Assembly: GCF_018350175.1 (NCBI RefSeq)
Contig: NC_058382.1
Span: 50,532,001-50,596,000 of the forward strand
DNA: 64,000 bases
Reading direction: 5' to 3'
Origin: Felis catus
Taxonomy: Eukaryota
The notes beneath the pieces are model-generated. The model worked only from the letters and a program-made list of their open reading frames with translations. It was not told where the DNA came from and did no database searches. A program made the position numbers and the translations under genes. Shown here piece by piece: positions 27,088 to 38,100 of this stretch; within the stretch, counting starts at the first letter, position 1, and each line of letters begins with the position of its first letter.

Positions 27088-30043
27088 CCAAATAACCTAA
27101 GTTTTCTGACAGGTCTAAGAAAGGTCATTGATTTTCAGTCTGTCTGACTTTGTTGTTGCTTAGAGTACAGTCATGATTTCCAAGCTCTTTAAAGACAGAG
27201 CTGATGCCTTTCCTGTTTACTAGTTAGTATGTGTGTGTGTGTATCCACGACTCCAAATTTCCCTTTAAGAACAGTTTTCACTGCTGCTTTCTTACTTTCT
27301 GTGGTGTGTAGGACATTATGTATGAAAAATGAAAACACAGTTTGCGACCTAGAAAGATATCTTTCTACAGAATGTAACTACATTTGCTTCTGCAGGTAGA
27401 AATGAGCACCAGACTTTTCTGACTATCTTAATGTTATTTCACAGATTGAGAAGGTAGAAAGCTGAATTTTAGTCCCTCTAAGGAGTTGTCTGTCTGTGAC
27501 TTACCCTTTGTCCTAAGCGGTAGACCCTCTGAGTTCCGATACAAAATCTGTGGAAGCTTGCAGGATATCTTCATCCTTGGGGGACCTAGTTCTAAAATTT
27601 TGTCTTTAACCCTGTGCAGTTGTAAAAAGAGCTGATGTTCAGGTTCTTTCTGTCTCAGGTTCTATTCAGGAATCCTAGAAAGAGAAAAGGGTCTCAAAGG
27701 TAGGGCTCTATTTTATTGTCTTTGAGCGCTTCATTCCCTATTTTTTATTTTGTGCAACTTTTCTAGCGGGAGGATTGTTCAGAATTTCCTAGTCTACCAC
27801 TACCATAATATGATGATTTTTTAAAGCTAAAAGTTATCTTTCAATAAAATTTTAGTCTTCCAAAGAACTAGACATATCTTACCCTAATATAAATTTAACA
27901 GTAATGACCTATCCATGTGTCTTCCATAAAACAATTTATTGCCGTCTCTGAACAATAGTTACAAACTATAGCCAAGGCCATATCGTTCATGTGCTTTTTT
28001 GCTCTTGCCGTTCGATTCTTCCATCCTGAGAAGTGAAACATTCTATGCTAAAAGGGATAAAACAGTGTATTTTACAACTTGGTTTCTTCACAGATTCTAA
28101 TATAATGGGCAAGACACGGGACCTTACTGAAATACTGCCAAGAATTCGGTATCCCTGCAAGTAAATATTTTAAAGACAGTATTTTCAGAGCAGAGGGGGT
28201 GGTAGAAACTGATTTTATATCAATAAAATTCTGTATTCTTATTTTGAAATTTGAGACTTATCATAAACACAGAACAACCCTTAACTTTCTAATTTGATTC
28301 CTCTACTCTCATTGCTATTTCTTCATTACAATTAATGAATGACATTCACACTCACTTAAGAGAGAATCGGCATTTATACGTAGAGTTACAATGGGCTTAT
28401 TCAACATATGTTTACAAGTTACTTACTTGGGTTTATGCTAGCAAATTTCCCACTTTCCAGTTGTTATTTTTTCTTTGCTTTCTCATTTTTTTAAATTTTT
28501 TGTTTTTAGACGAGACAGTCTCTTGGGAGGCTCACTGGTGCACTTGGTAAATATTTATAACCAACACCATAAAACAAAGGTCTGACTTCCATTAGACAGC
28601 ATGTTGTTACGATGCATTCAGTGTCCGCCTGTCAGCTGACTGTGTCAAAATGAGTTGTTCTTGGAAACAGGTCATATGTGAGTCACATGAATTCTCATAA
28701 CAAGAGAGGTCAGAGGATTTTCATGTTTGCCTGCTGGTCATGTTGAATTTATATTCGTATTGCTGTTTATTTTGGTGGGAGCTAAACCAATTTTTATGTA
28801 ATTACACAGCCTGCTATGTAACTACATGTAAGTGGCCCCATGTTTCTGATTTATTACAGAAGTGTTTTGGATCCCCTTATGAACTGCCATATGGACATTT
28901 CCCTTTATGCATCTTGACTTTCGTAGATGAGTTGCTCAATTAATATTTATAAAACAGATGAATGCTGTTATACCTCTTCATAAACTTTAGAATCATTATG
29001 GACATACTTAAAATCTTGTGAAGAACTTTAATTCATTAACTCCATAAATTATCTCGGTTAGAATGCATTTTTAAACCATCTATGAATACCTCATTGAGCT
29101 TGAAAATCAAGTCTCCAAGAAAAGAAAAATACAATTAAGGCTTTTTGATTTTTGTCACATAAGACACATGACCTTAATTCTACTTGTAGGTGTTTCATAC
29201 ATTTGATGAAATACTGGCATATTCTTTTGCATTTCATATCTGTGAGGAAGTTATCATTTATGTACGAGTCCTATTGATGATTGAACGTTTGTCTTTTCTT
29301 TTTATTCTACTCCAGTAATTTTGAGAAAATGTAAAGTTTATGGACCCATGCTTTTGTCTATAATAGTTAACTGGGAGAGCTGTGTTCAGCGATCATCTGA
29401 GTCGTATTACTCTCAATATGTCAAAGATTTTAAATGTAAATTATGAGAAAGAGTGGGGGGAGCCTCAGATAAAATATCAAGCTTCCTCTAGGGCGACTGT
29501 TTTAGCTTTCATGTTCTTTTGGAAGGAAGCCTATTGATAGTTTAGCTAAATTATGTTCTCTGGAGTCAGCAAAGCCTGGGATTAAATCCTTCCTCTGCCA
29601 CTTCTTAGCTGTGTGGCTTTAGACACACAACTTCTATAATTTTCATTATCCTCAATTTTAAAGTGGGTGCAAAAATGACTATCTTACAGCATTGATGGAA
29701 GTATTACAGCTGCGTAATGCATTTCTCCTGCACCTGACCCTGAGTACAGATTTGCACACTGAAGACCTTTAGACTGATAACACAGAACACGTTTGCTACA
29801 TATTTCTCCCCTTAGAAGTTAGCCCTGGTGAACCCTTCTCCTGAAATCTCTTCCCTCTCTAAAGTTTTGCAATGATATAGGGAGGGGAAAAGAGCATGGC
29901 TTATTCACAAGCCAGAAAATTTTTCATAATCAGCTAAAGACCAAAGCACAAATTGGCTTGGGATGCATTAGAAATGCAGATTCCAGGGCCCCACTTGCAG
30001 ATTTAGCACATGGGGTTCAGGATCTAGAAATTGCATTTTTAAA

Positions 30044-30567
30044 ATATAATTTATTGTCAAATTGGCTTTCATACAACACCCAGTGCTCCCAACAAGTGCC
30101 CTCCTCAATGCCCATCACCCACTTTCCCCTCTCCCCTGCCCCATCCAACCTCAGTTTGTTCTCTGTATTTAAAAGTCTCTTGTGTGGGGCGCCTGGGTGG
30201 CGCAGTTGGTTGAGCGTCCGACTTCAGCCAGGTCACGATCTCGCGGTCCGTGAATTCGAGCCCCGCGTCAGGCTCTGGGCTGATGGCTCAGAGCCTGGAG
30301 CCTGTTTCCGATTCTGTGTCTCCCTCTCTCTCTGACCCTCCCCCGTTCATGCTCGGTCTCTCTCTGTCCCAAAAAAAAATAAATAAACGTTGAAAAATAA
30401 AAAAAAAATAAATAAATAAATAAAAAATAAAAGTCTCTTGTGGTTTGGCTCCCTCCCACTCTGTTTGTAACTTTTTCCCCCTTCCCTTCCCCCATGGTCT
30501 TCTGTTAAGTTTCTTAAGATCCACATATGAGTGAAAACATATGATATCATGTGTTTTCACTCATATG
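30044..30567 (-). mobile_element. 5'-truncated carnivore L1 3' end containing a nested SINE and a terminal foldback
   Basis: 'tttattgtcaaattggctttcatacaacacccagtgctc...ccacatatgagtgaaaacatatgat'. 19-bp TSD tagaaattgcatttttaaa (30025-30043 / 30568-30586). Confidence 0.9.
30186..30427 (+). mobile_element. Young CpG-rich CanSINE (SINEC_Fc) nested in L1
   Basis: ggggcgcctgggtggcgcag head with many intact CpGs and a long A-rich tail. 15-bp TSD taaaagtctcttgtg (30170-30184 / 30428-30442). Confidence 0.96.
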
Positions 30568-30647
30568 TAGAAATTGCATTTTTAAACAGCTCCTCAAGTA
30601 ATTCTAACAGACACCAAAGTTCAGAATCTATAATAAAAGGAAAGACA

Positions 30648-30850
30648 GGAGCGCCTGAGTGGCTCAGTTGGTTAAGGTCTGACTTCCAGCTCAGGTCATG
30701 ATCTCCCAGTTTTGTGGGTTTGAGTGCCTCGTGGGGGCATCAGAGGCTGCACTAACATTACGGAGCCTGATTCTGTGTCTCCCTCGCTCTCTGCCCCTCC
30801 CCCACTAGCACTCTTTCTCTCTCAAAAATGAATAAACATGAAAAAAAATT
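30648..30850 (+). mobile_element. Older CanSINE
   Basis: ggagcgcctgagtggctcagttggttaag head, (CT)n tract and aataaa/A tail. Diverged. Confidence 0.9.
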
Positions 30851-31928
30851 AGGAAAAATGAAGACATAAACATCCACATAATAAAATTATTTTTTTAATG
30901 AGCAACTTAAATCCAAGCGTTCTTTATGAACTTGCGATGGTGTAAAAAAAGTATTCATAGCAAGTTGAAGAATATCTCTTAGGCGAGGAAAGTACATTTG
31001 AAACGTGATAGTATGCATAGAACTTTTCATTCATAAGGTAATGTAACATCAGCCACATCCCTAATTGACTCCCATTCTGAAAAAGAGGCCCATTAAATAC
31101 AGAATTCCAAAGCAAAGTCTTTATCTTATATATTGAAAAAATTTCACCATGAGGAGCAAGACAAGACAAACATTATTGCTCAGTTAACGAATTCTTAATT
31201 AATAGCAATGATTCCTGTTCTCTGGCTGACATTGATCCTAGGAAGTTATTTAAGGTACTCAGAGCATTCCAAGATAGTGTTCTGCCTGTTCTGTCACTGA
31301 ACACACTTCCTCTGTCTGCATCTTCTTTCATTATACTGATTATTATAAAATTAAAAATGTTCATTTAGAAAAAAACCCCAGATGTGACTGGAATGTGCTA
31401 AAACCCCCATATCCCCCACCTCACAAGTTCCCTCACCCTTTGTAAGAAAAAACTGCTTAAAAGTTTGAATGTGCCAAGACATTTTTATTACGTATATAAG
31501 CTAAGCACCTTATATTTCTTCTTTATGTTCTGAAAATTTACATAGCTCATAAATCGATCAGGTAAAATGTGAACGATTGCCACGCGTGGACCTCCCCCTT
31601 CCATTTACCTGTCTGTTGCCACGGCCACTATGTATCTTTCCTCTTAATCCTTTAAGATGTTGAGAACATCATACTGGCATCTGTCTAAATCTGTGAATGT
31701 GCATTAATGTTGAAAAAACATGAGATCTTTTGGAAGGTTATCTAATTCATCATCCAGCTGTTCACCGAAAGAAATCAAAATTGTATTAGCTTGCCAGAGG
31801 CACCCAGGAAAATAGAATCGAAGTGTAAGGGGGTCTGATTAGGATTGAATGTCAGTGGACCAGGGCCTCGACCCGCATTGCCTTTCCCACATTGCCCTGA
31901 TTTGGGGAGCCTGGAAACACACACGGGG

Positions 31929-31933
<5 letters not shown>

Positions 31934-31966
<33 letters not shown>
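31934..31966. repeat. (CA)n microsatellite
   Basis: Read directly from the sequence. Confidence 0.95.
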
Positions 31967-31967
<1 letters not shown>

Positions 31968-32254
31968 ACCAATGCCCAGAGTATGAAATTTTGACCAGTG
32001 AGAAGGTTGGAGCTTTCTGGAAGGGTCTGATTACAAAGTTAAAATACCTGTGGAATTAAGCAGTGTTCTCCTGTCTGTGTTCTGGGAAATAATAGCTAAG
32101 AATGAGGGCCTAATATGTTTAAAACATACCAGAGAACTATCCCTGTCATGGGAGATACAGTGCACTTTAGCACATTCACAGTTGACATGCTCTTAGAGGT
32201 TCTGTAAATAAGACACCTGTTGAATTTTGTTTTGTTTTGAAGCCCAGTCTTTCC

Positions 32255-33215
32255 CAAACATACGCATCCAACAGGTATCTTATTGTGAACCACTTTGAGC
32301 CAAGCCATGTTCTAGGTACTATGGATGGAGGGCACGGAAGGTCTTTGCTTTCATGGAGCTCATTTTCTAATGGGGTAAGATAAACAAACAATAATCGAAC
32401 AGAAGAAGACCCCAAATAATGAGTAATATGAAGAAAATAAAATGGGCAATAAGGTGTGGGGGTGTGCCAGGTACACTGCCTTTGCAACTGTGATTAGCAA
32501 GGGCCTGACTTAAGGGGTAATATTTTGACCAAAGCCTCAAAGGGCAAGAAGAGCTGGTTGTGCCAGAGACCTTGCGGAGAGAACTTACAGAGCAGCAGAG
32601 ACAGCTGGTGCAAAGGCCCTAAGCAGCCCCGAGCTTGGTTGTTCTACGGGCTCCAGGGTGGCATAAACCTAATGGAGGGTGTTGTCAAAGAGCGTATGTT
32701 TGATAAGGAGATTGGATTCTGTTCTAAGTGGTAAAGAAAGCAGTTGGGGTTACATGGTTTGATTTACCTTTAAAATTAAAACAATTTTTTACATGTTTAT
32801 TTATTTTTGAGAGAGAGAGAGAGAGCGTGTGCGCATGCAAGTGGGTGAGGGGCAGAGAGAGAGGGAGACACGGATCTGAAACAGGCTCCAGGCCCCGAGC
32901 TGTCAGCACAGTGTCCAACACGGGACTTGAACTCACTAGCCGTGATATGATGACCTGAGCTGAAGTCGGATGGTTAACCGACTGAGCCACCCAGGCACCC
33001 ACCTTTAAAAATGTTTTTGACTTCTCAGAGAGGAAGAGACTAGGGCTGCATATGGGGTTGGTGCCAGGGAACAGGAGAACAAAAAAGGTGAGGACGAGGT
33101 CATTCAGATAATTCTGGTGAGATGATTCTTGGTTGAACTGGGTGGTCATAGCTGAGATGAAGAGAGGTGCCCAGATTTGGGATATAATTTGGAGGTGCCA
33201 TCACAGAACTGCCTG
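32255..33215 (-). mobile_element. L2 remnant interrupted by a CanSINE
   Basis: 'aggtatcttattgtgaaccact..gccaagccatgttctaggtact...catggagctcattttctaatggg...tgcaaaggccctaag...gatttgggatataatttggagg'. Confidence 0.6.
32776..33000 (-). mobile_element. CanSINE (SINEC_Fc-type)
   Basis: TSD acctttaaaa (32766-32775 / 33001-33010). Confidence 0.95.
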
Positions 33216-33361
33216 TGGTGTGTGAGCCTGAGAACTGGTGTATGGAATATTGGTGGAATGGGAGCAAGAAGTAGGGAATCTATTGATAAGGGGAGTCAAA
33301 TCAAATTAATTAGACTATGAAACACTGAGCCTTTAAAAAAATGTATCAGAAAATATTTTGG

Positions 33362-33519
33362 CCAAATCATAAGAGGCTCTTAAAAGCTGAGAATAAACTG
33401 AGGATTGATGGGGGATGGGAGGGAGGGGAAAGTGGGTGATGGGCATTGAGGAGGGCACCTGTTGGGATGAGCACTGGGTGTTGTATGGAAACCAATTTGA
33501 CAATAAATTTCATATTAAA
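33362..33519 (+). mobile_element. 5'-truncated carnivore L1 3' end
   Basis: 'gagaataaactgagg...gatgagcactgggtgttgtatggaaaccaatttgacaataaatttcatatt'. TSD aaaatattttgg (33350-33361 / 33520-33531). Confidence 0.9.
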
Positions 33520-34813
33520 AAAATATTTTGGTAAATGCTGCTAAAGGGATATTAGTGAAAAGGAAAGAAAAGTAGGTAAATGAGCAGCTCCCTGTATATA
33601 GGTATTCCTAATGTATTTGCCTTTTTCTTATGCAGTCTACATGAGGCCGGCCGTATTTGTTGATCCAGTCAGTCATGGTCAACAGACCTACCAAGAGCGT
33701 GAATAGATCCCTTATTTTGTTCCTACATTTGCTGATTGTTACAGTTGAAAAAAAAAATCAAAAGAGGGGAAAAGGAGAAAAAAAAAGGAGGGGGAGGAAG
33801 GGAGGATGGGTAGTGGAGGAGGAGAAGAAGAAATAAAAAAATAAATGTAAATTATTGAGAACAACTTCTACTTCCCCTAACTTTTTCATATATGAAAGTG
33901 TACCATTCGTCATGGAGGAGAAAAGTAAAGTGCTTAGATGTTAGGTGCTCTGGTGTGTGGCTTTTGCAGGTGAACTACGTGGTAGGCAGATGCATCCTGG
34001 TTTTGCGGAAGGAGGGTAGCTCTTGGTCTTACCATACAACAGTTTTCCAAATACCAGAGGGTTATTTTCTACCTTTCTGACCTTTCATTTCCTCACCTGC
34101 ACTTTGTGCCAGCTTAGCATCATTCTCAAGGTCTTTCTAGCTTTCAGGTTCTAGAGTCTGTAAGTCTAATTATAGGTCTTCCCAATTGTTATTGCTTCTA
34201 ATTTCCCTTAACAGTTTTTCTTTTTTAATACAGGCACTTTTGTGTGTTATTTTTTTATTAAATCACTTTGACGTACCGGCAGTGCAGTGCGTGAGGTTGA
34301 ACAGCCTGTTTTCGGAGTGTAGTTCCTTAGTTCTGAATGGGTGACACTTTTGTTTATGTTACTAAGAGGATAAAATAAAACATGGAAACAGGTTCCTAAC
34401 TTTTATCATTCATCAGTGACTAAGCAACTTCTTTGCTGAATCAGATCCTGCTTTTTTAATGCGGGGAGAAGATTTTCTCAACATTTTTTTGTGCCATTCA
34501 CAACGTTAATACCTTTTAAGTATAATTTGCACTTTATAGAAACAACGTTTATTGAGGGTATCATGTTGAAAGCTGGCTTAATGGGGAAGGTGGAATTTCA
34601 TCTACTCTCAATATAAAGAAAAGCTTGAGCAATCGTGACTTCTGTGTGAAAGAGGGACATTACAATGTAACTGGTAATAATGACTTTCTTGGAGAAGGCA
34701 GCCATTTTTATAGTAAAAAAACAAATCAGACATTGCTTGTGGACACTCTAGGTCACAGGGTAAAATAGATATTCTCCAAATGCATTGATTTCTTTCTTTC
34801 CCTTTTCTTTTAG

Positions 34814-35035
<222 letters not shown>

Positions 35036-35087
35036 TGACTTTATAGCTATGTAAAGAGATCGAAAAACAGGAATGATCTTTGTGGAA

Positions 35088-35090
<3 letters not shown>

Positions 35091-35140
<50 letters not shown>
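35091..35140 (+). repeat. (GT)25 microsatellite
   Basis: Read directly. Lies 130 nt downstream of the exon donor at 34962. Confidence 0.97.
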
Positions 35141-35141
<1 letters not shown>

Positions 35142-38100
35142 GTACGTACCAGCCCGTGCATGGCAATATTGACTTCAGTATTTAGTGTTATATTTTAAAT
35201 CAGAAATGGAAGCATTTTATAGATAGATCAATCCCTACGGAGATAGGTACACACAGCTCCCTGTTAATGGACATATGTGAATCCATTTATCCAAATCTAA
35301 CATTATTAACTAGATACTAACTTGCAAATATTAGAGTTTCCCCCTCCATGGACTGTATCTGATGATGTTTCACTTAGGCACCCTGAATTTCATAAAAGAT
35401 ACAGTGTTCCATTTAGTATAACCAGTCAAACGTTAGGCACCAAAGACTGTTGGTCTCTTTAGCCTAAAAATAAAATGCCATGTAACTCACTTATAAATAT
35501 GCTGTGCCCTCAACATAAATTCATAGAAAAAGTAAAGACCTCTGCTAAAATATAAAATGTGTTTGAAATACTTTCACATAAAAAATGGTAGAAACCACAG
35601 ATTTCACTTAGTCTCCTCTTAATGAAGCATTTTATTATATCTTTTTGTGGGGCAGGGGCCTAAGAGTTATTGATAGCCTACCTCAAGCCACACCATCCTG
35701 TTAGATGCTCTTTTATTATGGAACAGTGAGTTAGTTAACGTGATCTACAATTATCAGATGAGCAGTCTGAGGTTTGGAGAGATTCAGTAATTTGCCCAGT
35801 GTCCCACGCCTAGTACACGGAAGAATCCGGAAAAGAGCCTGAGATTGTTCAGTTCCTCTATATCACTATTTAGCTAAAAGCTAAAGCTTTTTAGCCACTA
35901 AAGCTTTTGGCACACGTAGTTTATCACTTTTTGATGTAAGTCCAGTTAGGTTCCGGTTCACTTCATTTGCATGCAGGCAAGATAGGTCGCGCACAGGACA
36001 GGCGACGTGTTGACGTTGTTGAAACTGTGTCAGACGGACAAACTGTGTTGTCCAGACTGCACATCTCCTTAAGTGGTTAGTGATGTTCCCGGCATCCTTC
36101 TCTCCCATCAAAGGTAACTGACTGGCCTTTTGTTCCCATCGGAGCCTACGGAATAGCGATCACAGTGTGAATATCAACAGTAATCATAATCATAGCAATA
36201 ACACTAATTTTAATAGTACTAAGTCTTTGAAAAATTCTAGAAGTAGCAACGTTTTCTGGAGTGCTTATTACAGCATTACATGAACAGTTTATAATTTTTT
36301 TAAAAGTCCAGGTAAATATTATTAGGTTACTATTCCCTTCCCACCGCCCCCCCGCCCCCCGCCCATCCCGCCACTTCCCCCACCCCGCCTTCGCAAAAGG
36401 GGAGGCTAAAAGCTCAGGCACTAGGACTTGCTGAAGCCATGCTGATGGGAAGTCACAACGCTGGGTTTGCAGCCGGATCTGCCAGACTCCAGAACCCACG
36501 TGCAGGCTTAGGCTCCATCCAGCTGTTGATTCGCAGAGACGAGCCAGGGAAGCGTACTTCTTACCATCTACCCACTTACTCTCTTGTCTCCAACAGCTCA
36601 GCTTGGCTGTTCCTGTTACGTGGTACCTCCTCCTTCGCAATGATCCGTTGGAATAAAATCACCCTTTAAAAAAAGTATCCCACCCCAAATTGCAATTCTG
36701 AAACACAGAACTCAGTCCGTCTTATTTGTGTTTGGGTCGTAGAGTATAGCAAAGCCCACGCTGCACCCTGGATACTTAGCAAAACAGACTTCAGATGCTT
36801 TATATTTGTAGTTGCATCTCTACTTACTCAGAGCATCCACCTTGCAAAGTATTTATTTATCACAGTATAAAAATAGCTAGCAGTTCTTGAGCCCTTACTC
36901 TATGTCAGATACAGTTTTTATAGACGTTCTCATTTCATCCTAAAAATCACCCATTTAACAGAGTCTTAGAAATATTAAACAGGTTCCCCAGTTGTACACC
37001 CTTGGTACACATTCAATCTGGGATGTAAATTCAACATTCGTTGAAAAAGGACTACTGACAGTTTTTCCAAAACTAAAGCACTGCTCATCATGTCCCCATG
37101 GAAGGAAGGGGCTGCTGAGGAACAGGGTCCTTTGAGTTCTTTGCTGCCATATATGCTTCATGATGACCCAAATCTCCCTCCACTCTCATTGATGTGCTAC
37201 CCTGTGGAACATTCTTTTTCCTGTGACTTCATTTGCTGTCTCTTGCAGTGAGCACATTGTCCATGCATTTAATCAGCTTCCTGTTTTCATTGACCCGCAG
37301 TTGAAGCAACGGTACTGAGAGCCAACAAGATTTGAAATTCAAACATAAACATGTATGGTAAAATGGTATGACAGGACTGAGTGTAAAATGGCTGTTGCAT
37401 AATTTTGGATAAGAGAAAAAATAATAAACAATGGAAAAGTATTATCATAGATAACCTAAAAGAACCCCAAAATGGGTTGGGTGTGCGTCCCTTCTTGAGT
37501 GAATTTGATCAAATATATTTTAATTCTCCAGTTACAGTTATATTATCCACCTGTTAATAGTATCAGCCTCACAGACTATGAATTTACTGAAGCATGATTC
37601 TATGTAATTATCATTTATTAAATAGTTAATAGGTATCAGATATTTTCTTTCTAGGCGTTTTGTGAGTTACTCCTAATAACACAGTGAAATAGGGGCATGA
37701 ATATTACCACTTTATGCAGGAGTAAGAGGAGAGGAACAGAATTGTCTGCTGCATGAGCCCCGGGCTTACTCTGAGTTCTGGTACAGAAATAAGTGGGGAC
37801 CACCAGCCCCCCTTGCCCTCAGAAGGAAGAGCGGCAGGTGCTGTCTGCACAAGAACACAGCTCGTAAGATTCTGTGTGCCACTCCCCAGAGTAGCCCAGA
37901 TCCGAGATCAGTCTGGATTTTCTTCAGATACACAAGGCCATTCTCCGACAATCCCTTTAAAAAAGGACAAGCAGTGTTGGGGAGGGTTCAGGGTCTCTCT
38001 CCTAGATCCCAGTCACAGGATTCTTGAACATGCTGGCAATTAAGTGAGCCTCTTGGGAAAGCCCGGAGGCCTGCATGCAACCCACAGCCTTTGTATTCAC

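Larger units (their letters stand above)
19650..27210 (-). mobile_element. Cluster of old, fragmented L1M sequence antisense to the gene, with nested younger insertions
   Basis: Long T-rich stretch with L1 ORF2-like reverse translation (21683-21901, 'LPNLFHEASLTLISKSDK') and motifs such as 'tctattctgttccattggtct' and 'gatttgtctatttctc'. No intact ORF. Confidence 0.8.
29960..30630. mobile_element. MER5-type MITE relic split by an L1 insertion
   Basis: Left part 'tagaaatgcagattccagggccccact', right part 'aattgcatttttaaacagctcctcaagtaattctaa...caaagttcagaa'. Confidence 0.5.
1..34813 (+). other. CNTNAP4: 3' part of a long CNTNAP4 intron (>34.8 kb, probable intron 3)
   Basis: No upstream discoidin-encoding exon is recognisable in this span. 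It is repeat-rich non-coding sequence ending at the acceptor of the 148-nt exon. Confidence 0.8.

Noticed and set aside
36146..36640. 164-aa antisense ORF
   Set aside because: It runs through low-complexity and MIR-like sequence and has no recognisable protein features.
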